A DNA stretch of 63,909 nucleotides, counting the filler, from Klebsormidium nitens (lineage: Eukaryota > Plantae > Klebsormidiophyceae): assembly GCA_000708835.1 (NCBI GenBank). It is 6 parts of 6 records of this genome, joined end to end, with 100 filler letters (N's around TTAATTAATTAA, not from the genome) between each part and the next. Parts side by side here need not be neighbours in the genome. Positions count along the whole stretch, not along the records: positions 22,183 to 28,070 come from DF238393.1; positions 28,171 to 41,778 come from DF238060.1; 4 more parts are not named here. One strand, written 5' to 3'. The notes below the pieces were generated by a model. That model saw nothing but the letters and a program-made list of their open reading frames with translations. It had not been told where the DNA came from and searched no databases. Of the stretch, positions 26,660 to 37,850 are shown piece after piece (position 1 is the stretch's first letter; each line of letters opens with the position of its first letter). The position numbers and the translations under genes were made by a program.

Positions 26660-28060
26660 AGAGTTTTTGATCCTCGCTGCGCGCGTCCTGCTTCATGAAC
26701 GTTCTTTGAATCGCCAAGATTTGAAGCGGCGCGCGTGGTGGCTTTATGGCCACCAAAAGCTCCGTAAGGTGCCTTGATGCGAAATTAGGGGGACGTTAGG
26801 CCAAAACTCAAAAGTTTTCATAGATGACGTGACGCAGCCAGCCAGCAGTGCTCGCTTTGCTTGTTGAAGTTGTTATCGCACGCGCGGCGCGCGGCTGGGT
26901 CCGAGCTTCGCGGCCGCGCGTCGTCCTCCGCGCTGCACGCGAACGACAGAGGCGGCTGGCGCGGCCGCGCCGCTGGTCCAGCAAGAATTGTGTAGACAGA
27001 CTCGAACAAAAGCGTGAAAACCGTTAAGGTGTCATTCATGCAGGGGGCTCCGGCGATGCGATAGATTGGTACTAATCCCCGTATGCATCCCTCTTATTCA
27101 TTGAATGACGGAACTCACTTTCAACCGTGCTTTGGTGGTTTTAAGTCGGACTACAGTGGTGTCACCAATGATGGCAAGGAAGACGCGGGTCTTTGGCTGC
27201 TGTACAGCAGCCAGGGTAGTAAAGCCTGTTGACCGTAAACTGAAGCCGAGGACTCGGTTGGGCTTACCACTTAGGAGGCGCGACCCAACGGAATCACTAA
27301 CTACATTGGTTAATCAAGTAAATCCTGTCCCTCGTTGGCTTTGAGAAAGTTTCCGCTTGGCTGCATTAAAAGCAGTCAGATTTTGTTTTGAAGTTTGTCC
27401 TGCGCGCGGAGGAGCCAGCAGATCTGGTCATTCCGATATTTTTAAAGGCTGTCCGAGTCGAGGTTGGAGCAAGGCTGCGTTGACCTGCTACAAGCTCCAT
27501 ATAACTGATCAGGGTGCAAGCGTAATCGTACGTGGGGTTTTCCGAAACTTCTATTCAGGACCAGGTTCTCTTTCCACTCCAAATTTTGAAACTTGAAGTT
27601 GAGGGCGTGGACCGTGTTGGCGATGATTCCGGGATCTGGCTGACGAAGCCATTCTCTTTTCCTAGGAAGCAAGACTCCAAGTACCCGCCAGGGAAGCATA
27701 TTGTAAACAGCAGAGCGCTTCGCTCAAAGTTCGGTGTTGTCTTGGCAGGCCCCATTTGGAAATTCTGCCCCTTGCTTTTTTGTTGGAAGCGGTAGGTGAT
27801 CATGGCCCGCTTTGGTCGCCTCTGCATATTGTCTCATGGTAATCTATGGTCGCTTCGGTCGAGCCTTTTTATGTTCGAAATCTGTTTTGCAGCCTTCAAA
27901 AGGTTTGTCTCGCAACTGGTGAGGGCTAAACTAAAACACAGTCGTGAACCTGGGGATGCTACGCTTTCATAATTTCTTTGGCGATGTCTTGTACCAGTTT
28001 ACGAACTCTGTTCTCGGCAAAGACGACCTCGATGCACGGCTGCAATGTTGCCATTCGCGG
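26660..28060 (-). pseudogene. Decayed spliced gene, copy 2 of a tandem diverged duplication
   Basis: Same blocks as 22560-23930, with synonymous differences in the minus frame (ACG/ACA, CCA/CCG, ATT/ATA, CAC/CAT). Runs into the gap at 28071. Confidence 0.5.
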
Positions 28061-28330
28061 ATTGAAAGTGNNNNNNNNNNNNNNNNNNNNNNNNNNNNNN
28101 NNNNNNNNNNNNNNTTAATTAATTAANNNNNNNNNNNNNNNNNNNNNNNNNNNNNNNNNNNNNNNNNNNNGTATCTCAACGGTCTTACAGCGCGCCGTTA
28201 AGATGTAACCGCTGTCGTTTCGCTAACAAGCAGCTAACGAAATCCTGACGAGAACGAGGTTAGGCTTAACCAGACGTAATCGTCACACCTGACAGCGCTC
28301 GCATGCACGGCAACCGACTATAGTACTGCC

Positions 28331-29063
28331 GTGAGTGACCTATGGCCATCGTTGATGGAAAAGTATACCAAGAAGTGTCAGGGGGTTCCGCCCGCACCCC
28401 TTGTTGCAAAGGTAATCGCGCCCGAAGCCTTCCGTAAATACCCCCGCCTAATCGAGGCTTGCAAGGTTCACGCGTCAAGTAGGCTGAGAGACGAGGGATT
28501 CAATCTGAGCTTTGAATTCCAGGAAGAGGGCTCAGAGTGGACGCGTCAGGACGCTCTGATGACGGTGTATACTGCCCGCTACACCTATTGTCTCGGCACG
28601 GCAGACCTTTGTCGGCTGCAGCCTTACACATCTGGCTGGTACAATGAGAAATACTACAGGTTCGAAGACGTTTTGGGGGCGGGCATGCTCCGATTCGGGC
28701 GACGGCCCTACGTGAATCCTCAAAAGACCAATGAGGGAGCTATCTAAGATCGACAAGAGGCACACCCGCTGGCTTCGGGTGCTGCAGTTGCACCAGAGGC
28801 TGGCCCCGGACGTCCCTATCGACTCCGAAGTGCTTCGAGCATATGCAGACGGCTATATCCGGTCGGGCATCGACATCAATGGTGTCAGAGGCCGTCGGTA
28901 CACGCACAAGTTCTTTTTGAAGGAGATGTACCACAATGTGCTCTATCTAAACGCAGCTGAACGCTCACGGATTAAGCACCTCCAGAAGGCTTACGTCTTG
29001 ACGAGTGACTACGAACTGGTCCGAGAAGCTGTCAGGATTGTGATTGAGCTAAGAGACTACTAG
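28331..29063 (+). pseudogene. Intronless virus-like protein with an XPA-C-like helical motif, split by a 1-nt frameshift
   Basis: ORFs 28331-28747 and 28731-29063 overlap; removing one A in ACCAATG gives ...QKTMRELSKIDKR. The motif TARYTYCLGTADLCRL...KYYRFEDV fits the xAxxxYxLxxxDLxxL...YxxxDV pattern. No ATG start in frame. Confidence 0.5.
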
Positions 29064-29211
29064 ACATAGACATAGACATACCATTGTTGAGCACGTGGCA
29101 TTTGGAGGCGTCCCCTATATCATCCGATTCTGACAAGATCTATGAAAGAGTGCTTGTCATCAATTGATGGATTCGATGGATGCAACTTTAGGCGTACAGG
29201 CACTGAAAACC

Positions 29212-29524
29212 TGTTGTAGTGTACGGTACTAGGCTTAGCGGTAGGTTTAGCTAACCGCGGATTGACCGGGCTGACCCGGTTGACCTGATTACTCGGTCAG
29301 AAGACCGACCACGTGGGCCGCGCGCATTTAGACGGCTGGACAGACTGGACACGCTAAATGACTGTAGACGCTCATATTGACTTAGTCTAGACTAGGTAGT
29401 GATTGAATGAATGCTAGAGTACTCCTGAAAGGCATTAGAGATTCTCTGAAGACAATAAAGAAACAAAAGATCATTGTGAAGATCATTCACTTCCAATCCG
29501 CTTGCACCAACGCTGTCTACAACA
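29212..29524 (+). repeat. 5' LTR (313 bp)
   Basis: TGTTGTAGTG...TCTACAACA; differs from the 3' LTR by one 5-bp indel and about 5 substitutions (counted by eye). Confidence 0.96.
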
Positions 29525-29601
29525 GGTTATGGGCCCACGTTAGCGCAAGGAAGTGTCTCAGGAAACAGCCTGTCTGCGTTGCTTTTGTTGGATCAGCCAC
29601 G

Positions 29602-32010
29602 ATGGCGGGATCCGGGGACAAGATCGCGATAGCGCCGCTCGGAGCGGACAACTATGCGACTTGGAGCATTCGCATGAAGGCCTTGTTGGTCCACAAGAAA
29701 CTGTGGAAAGGAGTGGAAGATTCCTCGGCAAACAAGGGCGACTCGGAGTCGGCCCTGGCGCTTCTCACATTGAACGTGCAGGACATGCACTTGGGGACAG
29801 TGGGAGCGTGCAAATCAGCCCAGGAAGCATGGGGGTTGCTGGAAGCAACCTACAGGAGTAAGAACAATGCCCGGAAGTTGCAATTGCGGCAGGAATTGAA
29901 CTCTCTTCGCATGGGTTCTGAGGAATCTGTCGCAGCGTATGTTGCTAGGGCGCAGGACTTGTTCAGGGATCTTACGGCTACCGGGCATGAGATGAAGCCC
30001 GAGGAATTGGCGTGGTGTGTGCTGGTCGGGCTGCCAGCCACGTTTGACACACAGGTCCAAATCTTGCAGTCTGCGGAGAAGGAGTTGGCTGTAGAAGCAA
30101 TACTGCCTAAGCTGCTTCTGACAGTCAAGGCTAGGGTTGGGAGCCGCCAGGTCAAACGAGGAGGCCGGCGCTGTGGCCTTTGCAGCGGGAAAGCGTGGTC
30201 AGCCTGGGTATGCAGGGAACAGGCACTCCCATAAAGGGAATGATCGATCCGGATCCGAAAGCGAGGGGCCCGTGTTTCACGGGAACTGCTATGAGTGCGG
30301 TGAAAAGGGTCACACCAAACGGAACTGTCGGAAGAGGAAGGAGAACGGTTCAAAGGTCATGTTCGGGGTTGCCTTTGCATCTCTGGGCCGGGGGTTGTTT
30401 GACGGAGAGTGGGTGTTGGACTCGGGAAGCTCGCATCACATCTCCCGTGAGAAGGGTGTGTTCAAATCGCTGGAGAGTTTGGAGAACGGCCGGGAGATCG
30501 AGTTCGGGAACAAGGGGGTGCTGAAAGCGGAAGGTGTTGGGGAGGTTGAGATTCTGGTTAAGACGCCAACCGGGGTAGCCCTTGTGACGTTGCGGGAAGT
30601 GTTGTACGTTCCCGGGGCGGCGGCAAATCTGTTCTCAGTTAGCAAAGCGACGGAGAAGGGTGCAGAGTTTGTCTTCACGGAGAAAAAGTGTGAGCTTCGG
30701 CATGCGGGGGAGACCCTCTTTGAAGCCTGCACGGTTGGCGACGTGTGGGTTATACCCAAAGCTATAGATAGCCAGGCGTTCCTGGTGCGGGAGCCCGAGT
30801 CAGCGGAATTGTGGCACAGGCGTCTAGGGCATGCCGGGTACGAGCGGCTGGCTCAGATGGCGTCGAATGGGCTGGTTACGGGGATGCGGGTCAAGCCAGA
30901 GAAGTTTCGTGAGCTGAAAACGGCCATATGCGAGCCGTGTGTTTTGGGCAAACAAACCCGGGAGACATTTCGGAAAACGGAAGAGAAAGACGAGCGGGCC
31001 GGGAAGGAGCCTCTAGAACTCGTCCACACGGACGTGTGTGGACCGATGCCGGTTGCATCAAAGGGGGGAGCTCGGTTCTTCTTCACGGTGCTCGACGACG
31101 CGAGCAAGCTCTCCGTTGTGGTGCCCGTCAAGGCCAAGGACCAGATAGCGGGGGAGCTAGGGGCGGTGCTAAACCGTCTCGAAACCCAAACCGGACGGAA
31201 GGTGAAGTCAGTCCGGAGCGACAGAGGAACGGAGTACGTGAACTCGGAGTTCACGGGGATTCTGAAGGAGAAGGGGATCGTGCATGACACAACGGCACGG
31301 TACACCCCGGAACAAAACGGTTCGGCCGAACGGTTGAACCGGGAGCTAGAGGAGCGGACGCGGGCAATGTTAGAGGATTCGGGGCTGCCCCCGAACCTCT
31401 GGGCGGAAGCGGTCCTGACCGCAAACTACACACGCAATAGGACGTCGGTAGCAGCCCACGGGAAGACGCCCTGGGAAGCCTTTTGGGGGGAGAAACCCAA
31501 CGTGGGGAACATGCGTGTGTTCGGAGCGCGCGCGACGTCCACGTGCCCAAGGCGCTTCGCAAGAAGCTCGAGGCAGTGAGCGAGCGGGGGACGTTTGTCG
31601 GTTACGAGCCGGGTGCGAAAGCGTATCGGATCTTGCGGGAGCGAGACGGGCAGATTCTCGTATCCCGGGACGTCCTCTTCGACGAGACGGCGCGACCGGC
31701 CAAGGCAGCCACGAGCGAGTTCGAGCTCAACGGAAAGGCAACGGAACCGTCGACAGCAGAGAAGGGGGCCGGAAAGGGGGCCGAAATGGAACCAGGGGGA
31801 GCAGGAAAGACAGCCGGAACGGGACAGCCGGCAACGAAAGCGAGGGTGACGGAACGAAGCGTGGGAAAGGTGATAACCCGGGCTCAGACCCGAACGGAGG
31901 AAATCGACCTGAGGGGCGAGCCAGACGACGACAAAGCGGGGGAGGAAGAACCGGTGCCATTCAGGCACTCCATCCGAGAACGGAGGGCTCCGGATCGGTA
32001 CACGCTGTGA
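29602..32010 (+). pseudogene. Copia gag-protease-integrase polyprotein, two frameshifts, truncated before RT
   Basis: gag (DNYATWSIRMKALL, LQLRQELNSLRMG), CCHC knuckle CYECGEKGHTKRNC, protease WVLDSGSSHH, LWHRRLGH, integrase LELVHTDVCGP / RSDRGTEY / PEQNGSAERLNR, SH3 GTFVGYEPGAKAYRIL. Frameshifts near 30133 and 31531. Confidence 0.93.
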
Positions 32011-32071
32011 AGACGTCGAAGACAGGCTCGATATAGCAAGCTGGACATAAGCCAATAAGAGCGTGGGGGAG

Positions 32072-32379
32072 TGTTGTAGTGTACGGTACTTAGCGGTAGG
32101 TTTAGCTAACCGCGGATTGACCGGGCTGACCCGGTTGACCTGATTGTTTGGTCAGAAGACCGACCACGTGGGCCGCGCGCATTTAGACGGCTGGACAGAC
32201 TGGACACGCTAAACGACTGTAGACGGTCATATTGACTTAGTCTAGACTAGGTAGTGATTGAATGAATGCTAGAGTACTCCTGAAAGGCATTAGAGATTCT
32301 CTGAAGACAATAAAGAAACAAAAGATCATTGTGAAGATCATTCACTTCCAATCCGCTTGCACCAACGCTGTCTACAACA
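32072..32379 (+). repeat. 3' LTR (308 bp)
   Basis: Direct repeat of 29212-29524, preceded by the purine-rich AGAGCGTGGGGGAG. Confidence 0.96.
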
Positions 32380-32597
32380 AAACCTGACACATTCCGCATA
32401 CAAACCATCCTTCGTGGTGCATACACATCTGTCGGTGCAGCAGCCTTTCTCTTTGCTGGCTTCATCGCATCAAGTTTGAAGGCCTTTTTTAATCCATTCT
32501 TGACATCCTTTGTCGCCTTCTTCACCTTGCGCCTGATCTGTTTCGGCTTCTTCTTTTTCGATGGTGCGGACACTTCCATGTCATCCGTCATCTGCAT
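32380..32597 (-). pseudogene. Small lysine-rich ORF interrupted by the copia insertion (3' end at 29188-29206)
   Basis: Removing the element and one TSD copy restores MQMTDDMEVSAPSKKKKPKQIRRKVKK...RMVCMRNVSGFQCLYA-stop. Confidence 0.65.
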
Positions 32598-32715
32598 CCT
32601 TGAAACCTTCTCCTTTGAATGGGACGGCAGGGCACGAGACTCTCAGCACGAGCGAGACGAGTGCAAGAGAGATGATCAGCCATGCAGTCTCCATTACATT
32701 CACCATCACAAATTT

Positions 32716-33216
32716 TCAAGGGACACGGGCATTCTTGTGAGTAAAGGCGAAAACAAGCATGATTTTATCGTGATTTGCACTGATCGACCCGTCCTCATTT
32801 TTGAAGTCATCTGAGGTGATAATGTCGCCATCATACTTTCGGAAACGAATTCGCATGTTGTTTAGACGGGCGAGCGGGGGGTCATAAGATGTCTGGCCAG
32901 TGATGTTGTCCCCACACAGGGCATTCAATTGCAGGTAGTCCGTATTAGAATAGATGCCTACTGCGAAGGCATCCGTTTCACCATCTCCAAAGCATTGCAC
33001 GGACCCGTCGAGAGGGTCTACGGAGATTATAACATAGTCCTCTGCTGCTAGCTTTGCAATCTGCAACTGCACGAGTCTGACTGCCGAGATATGTTGGAAT
33101 GGAGTGGATGCATTCGAAAGGCTGACGCGAAAATCAAACGCAGAGTCACTGGGGTCACGCTTTCGGTTATCAATCAGAACGTATGTTACACGCTCTGCGC
33201 TCTTTGGTTCTGCCAT
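32716..33216 (-). CDS. NCLDV minor-capsid/penton-like single jelly-roll protein (DUF5901-like), 166 aa, intact
   Basis: YVLIDNRKRD...FDFRVSL...FQHISAVRL...YVIISV...AFAV...YDPPLARLNNMRIRFRKYDG...MLVFAF matches the recurrent pattern of this viral family (by eye). Confidence 0.7.
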   Translation of the reverse strand: MAEPKSAERVTYVLIDNRKRDPSDSAFDFRVSLSNASTPFQHISAVRLVQLQIAKLAAEDYVIISVDPLDGSVQCFGDGETDAFAVGIYSNTDYLQLNALCGDNITGQTSYDPPLARLNNMRIRFRKYDGDIITSDDFKNEDGSISANHDKIMLVFAFTHKNARVP

Positions 33217-33246
33217 TTCTAATGTACAACAGAGATTGTCTTCTCC

Positions 33247-35357
33247 TCAGCTCAAAGACGCACAGCTGAATTCTATGACAGTGGCTGGATCATGCCTAGG
33301 CTCAGGATTGACGTGCCCGGACCCCCCGCAGCGGACCGCACACTGGGGTGGCCCGTTGATGCTAGACGCCTGGTGAGTGACAGTGTAGCAGACAGAGCAG
33401 ATCGTATGCGCACAGCTACTATACAGGCTCGACAGCTGGTCTACGTCCTCCATACCGCACAGGGCGCAAGCGGCCATCCTCGGCCAGCCGTAGAGAGCTT
33501 CGCGATCAAGCTTGTACCGGCAGTCCCCGCGGGCGGGGTTGGTTGCTCGCAGCTGCGCGTGGATGGCAGCCTCTTCGTGCACGGGGGGCAGTCCGACCGG
33601 GGGGGACTGCATGTTGGCGACCATCGCGGGGAAGACAGCACCCGGCCCCTCCATCCAACCCTTGAGCAGCGCCGCGCTGTCTGCATTGGGTGTCGAAGCC
33701 CAGATGTCCCAGACTTTCTTGATCTCCCGCTCCCTAAGCAGCCGCAAGGACTCTTCGAAAGACTCGGCCTGCAGAGGGCAGAGAAACGGAAATCGTAAGG
33801 ACTCACTCATAAGGTGGGTCGAGTGGCTCTTTCGTTACTAATATCCTGTACATATCGCTATGCATGCAATCTGAGTCTTGGAGGCAAACTGCTCCGCCAA
33901 CTCATTGCACGGTTTGTTTTGATTCCGACAACCGTGTAAAGTGCCCTCCTATTACCAGTTTCCTCGAAGTGTCGCCTGAAGATCTGGAAAGTGGTAATAA
34001 ACACAGAAGAACAACACAATAACGATTCTCACCTGAGGCAGCCACTCCTGCAAACCCCCCTGCGCCACCCAGGCCATTAGCATCCCCCACACGGGCGCAA
34101 AGACTTGCGACTTGTCGTCAACGCCGATCACCCCAAAGAACGGCGAAGTGTCCTCCTGCAGCGTGGGCAGGCAATCCGCCCCAAAGAGGCTGGCCTCAAG
34201 GGTGTTGACAGCGGGATACTCCATGCCGCCCATGCAGGCGGTAGAGGTTGTGCGGCCCGTGAGGAAGAAGCTCGTGCTCCGGTACCAATCAAGCAGCCCC
34301 CTGTTTGCAAGCAGCAGGTCATCATAGTCAAACTGCTTCTCGAATGCCTCATCTTCTAGATTCTGGAGGGTCTCGTCCGTAAAGTCTCCAAGAGTTGCCC
34401 GGCGACGGTCATAGGCCAGCTTGGCCCGGTGCAGCCTCAACTTGGCCGTGTGCTCCAGCGACTGTCCAACCCCCAGCTTGTACATCTTCTCCTTTTGTGA
34501 GGCCAGAGCAGCCCGCATTGTGGGCCACATGTACCGAGGGAACAGCGGCTTCCAGTACCGCAGCCAGGCATTGAGCTGCTCCTGCAAGTGCGTAGGATCA
34601 TTGACCTCGCCTAGATAAGAGTCAAGGCTGGGATAGGAAGAGGTCGGGCAAATGAGTGGATGAATAAAAGTGGAACCCTCCACCTCCCAAATTATCAGGC
34701 AGGGAGCTGGCCACTGGTGCAATGGGGGGAGTGGACCCAACGGGCTTGGATGGACAGCTAGGGAATCGATGAAGATGGAAGCTATGTCGTCTAAAAGCGA
34801 AACCCTGGACTCGCATTTCTGCAGAGCTTGCACGAGGATTCCGGGCCGTGAAGAGCATATGCCAGCTGCCAGCTTGACAGTCTGGCTCCACACCAGAGCA
34901 TCATCCAGCTCCAGTTGCTTCAGCAGCAGCTGGGTGGTGGAGGTGACGGAGGCAGTGACGGAGGAGGTGATGCTCTGCACCAGGGAATCTGGGGACACCG
35001 GTAGGCTTGCAGAGCTCTGCAAAAAAAAGGGGGGCCAATCAGAAAGGACGCAGCACGTGGACAGTGGACTCAGATGGGGATTGCAGATCAGAGCGGATCG
35101 CATGACAATGACCTAACACAAAAGCGAAAAGCATTCACGCAGAATTTCCTATTTCAGCAAGGAGCCCTTCTGCAGATCTCTCACCTCAGCATGCACGCGC
35201 CTCCTTTTCGAGGATGTCGCCTTCAAGTCCTTGGCTTCAAGAGGTGTGGCTGCCACATAGAGCCTTCCCTCACTGATCAAGTACTGCTGTGGACCGGAGA
35301 CGAAGTAAGATTGCGCCATGTGGACGATTTGGATTGAGGGTTGGAAATAACAAATCT
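33247..35357 (-). CDS. Spliced gene encoding a protein with a C-terminal RING-type zinc finger
   Basis: Exons 33247-33768, 34033-35016 and 35185-~35357 join in phase 0 through GT-AG introns. RING-like ligands CALC...CAH..CSVC...CAVRC. 5' end uncertain. Confidence 0.7.
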
Positions 35358-35869
35358 ACTGGCCTGCCTCGACCCACTTTGAGGCGCTAGCGGGGGGTTA
35401 GGACCAACAATGGTGTCAGAGACGCTCGGGATCCTAACGGTCTTCGGCACCTACACTAGCAAGGCACCTGATGGGGTGCCACGTTTGCGAAGAATACAAC
35501 CCAGTTGGACAGTGTCAGCAACCGGCAGGACCGTGTCTTTAGTGGACCGTACAGTCGAAAGTGGGTGCCAGATTCCCGCGGCCGTACAAAATGTCTCCAC
35601 TTTACAGCCAGATGGCACTTTCAAAGAGCGGCACCAACAAACAATCCTTAATCGTCTCAATCCAACTTGTTCAATTCATTCTGGTGTCAAAGTTGGCAGC
35701 CTGTACCAACAGGGTATGGGGTTAACGGCACAGCACACTAAGTTTAATAGTTCCACATCACTGAATTAGATCAGTTCGGGCCGGCAGTTAAGATACACCC
35801 CTATGTGAAGTGGATTTATCGTACGGCTCAGTGGTGTCGAAATTAGTGGAATGTTTATCGATCAACTAC

Positions 35870-36230
35870 AACAATAACAAAAACAAAACCAACAACAATA
35901 AAACATTAACAAATTCAATATCAATAACAAACAGGCGTTGGCCAAGCCAACTCAATATCCATGAATGAATCTCGCGGATGTGGATCTGGCAAACAATCTG
36001 CTAGACTGATTTTAGCCTGCTGCCCTGGCTAGTGGTCTAGCTCGTGTGCTGTACGCAGCACGAGCTGACCTTGGGAAATCGCACGTGCCTGACCACGCTG
36101 CAGGCTAATGGATTTGCGCTGGCGGTAGTAACTGAGCATGCGTACTGCCTCTGCGTCTATCTCGGGACATTGTGATACACTTGATGCGTTGTAAGTTCTC
36201 CCGGCAAATCCCACAACAAACGCATATCTG
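35870..36230 (-). mobile_element. Possible decayed 3' end of a REL-endonuclease (CRE-like) non-LTR retrotransposon
   Basis: AFVVGFAGR...LSYYRQRKSISLQRGQARAIS resembles the C-terminal P-F-x-x-E-x-x-G...Q-R-(I/L)-S-x-x-(L/I)-Q-R motif, followed by a T/G-rich low-complexity tail at 35870-35935. Confidence 0.35.
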
Positions 36231-36278
36231 TAAGCGCACTCTTTTTGGCTGGCGCAACTTTCTAGAAGGCTGAGCCAG

Positions 36279-37850
36279 ATGGCGGGAGAGGGGACTTCAC
36301 GCAAGAGGGTTCGTCTCATGGAGGTGGGTCATTTCACCAGTTTCTGGTTCGGGAGACCTAGCTTTTGCAGATTGTTTGTGGCCATCGAGGGGTTGCATGT
36401 ATGTTTGATGGGTCTGATGGGTCGCTGTGCATTGATTACTCACATGATTATTCAGGTCTTTTGGAACACAGAAGATTGGGGTTATATTAGTTTTAGGCTT
36501 TGGTATGTTTGATGGGTCTCTTTATTGGAAGGGTTTCTTTAAGATAGAATGGGGGATCGTATTCTGGTGCAGATCGTTTGTTTTCCATTTGGGGGCTTTC
36601 ATATGTTTGATGGTTAAGGGGCCTTGAACTTAGAAGACGATTACCTGGTTTCATCAAAAGGATCGCCTGTGGTGTGTACATCAAACCCCCCTGAAAATAG
36701 TTAGGGGGCACTGTATGTTTGATGCGGGTATCATTGCACCCGATTGTTGGGTTTACCCAAAGCTTGGCGCCTCTTACTGATGTCCTTTGATTGTCCTTGA
36801 CATTTGCAGGGGGAGCTACTCCAATGCCTCGGTATGCAGGCAGGTAACACCCATCCATTCCCAACGCCGCCCACTCCTCCTGCGGCATCGGAGTATCTGA
36901 AAGGGATCCCGCAAGGACAAGCTGAGCTGCAGGCAAAGCTGCAAGCTGAGGCGGATCGATTGGAGGCTGAGAAGCAGGCAAAGCTGGCTGAGCTTGCGCG
37001 GGTGGCGACTGAGGCGCAGGCAAAGTTGCAGGCAGAGGCAAAGTTGCAGGCGGAGGTGCAGGCAAAAGTCTGGGAGGCACCCCCGACTCTTGACGAAACG
37101 GCACAGATGTCGCGCTTAATTGCGGCGAGTGTGAGGAGCGTGGACTGTGAGGTACGTTGTCAACATCCCCTTGGCATTTCCTACCCCCGCTCAACTGATC
37201 CTTGGTTGCTACATGTGCTTTCCGATGGATCGTCACTGGACAAACCTTTGACACATAGTCTGTTGGTCAGTCCAGGCTTAGCATGGCATATCTACCATGG
37301 CGCTCCGCTTGATCTTCGATCCCTCCATCTTGAAGTCGCCCCAAAGGGCCTATGTTGAAACAGTTCTTCTGGACGCCTCCCCAACTTCATTCTGCTTTGA
37401 TTCCTTGTAGGACCCGGCGATTGACGATCTGATTGGAAAGACCATCGCCTCGCTGATCAAGTCCTTGCGGGCTGTTTACGGTGAGGAGACCAACTCGTCG
37501 CAGTCTTTTGAGGCCATGTTTTGGGGCCCGATCATTTGCCATGCTTGCATTTGAAAGGCGACACAAAAGCTGATATGTGTTGCTTTTGCTAAATACAGGG
37601 GGCGCCACGGCAGCCAAGTCTGGGGTAAGCAACCCGCAACCCTTGCACACACATATTGTGAACATTGCTGGCAAGCAATGCAGAATGCCTGCAGAATGTT
37701 GCCAATTGTGGCGGACAGTTTTACAACTTTGCAAAGAGCATACTGAAGTGGTTTCGTGTATTTTTCAGGATGAGATGGTGATCGAGTTCGTTCGTAGTCA
37801 CATCCACCAGTTTCTGTCGGAAGTGACCAGTTGGGGCAACCAGAGAGGTG
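36279..37850 (+). CDS. Spliced gene of unknown function with a coiled-coil/repeat exon (3' end uncertain)
   Basis: Exons 36279-36323 (MAGEGTSRKRVRLME), 36810-37151 (QAKLQAEAKLQAEVQAK), ~37411-37480 (DPAIDDLIGKTIASLIKSLRAVY), ~37598-37623 and ~37770-37848 (DEMVIEFVRSHIHQFLSEVTSWGNQR), with GT-AG boundaries. Confidence 0.6.

Larger units (their letters stand above)
29212..32379 (+). mobile_element. Ty1/copia LTR retrotransposon lacking RT and RNase H
   Basis: TG...CA LTRs at 29212-29524 and 32072-32379, 5-bp TSD AAACC (29207-29211 and 32380-32384), PBS GGTTATGGGCCC at 29525, PPT ending at 32071, and gag-PR-INT coding only. Confidence 0.96.

Noticed and set aside
29407-29601. N-terminal extension of the gag ORF in the ORF track
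   Set aside because: It reads through the LTR and PBS; the likely start is the ATG at 29602.
36493-37254. 253-aa Pro-rich minus-strand ORF
   Set aside because: Shadow of the plus-strand coiled-coil exon 36810-37151, which has proper splice sites and phase.
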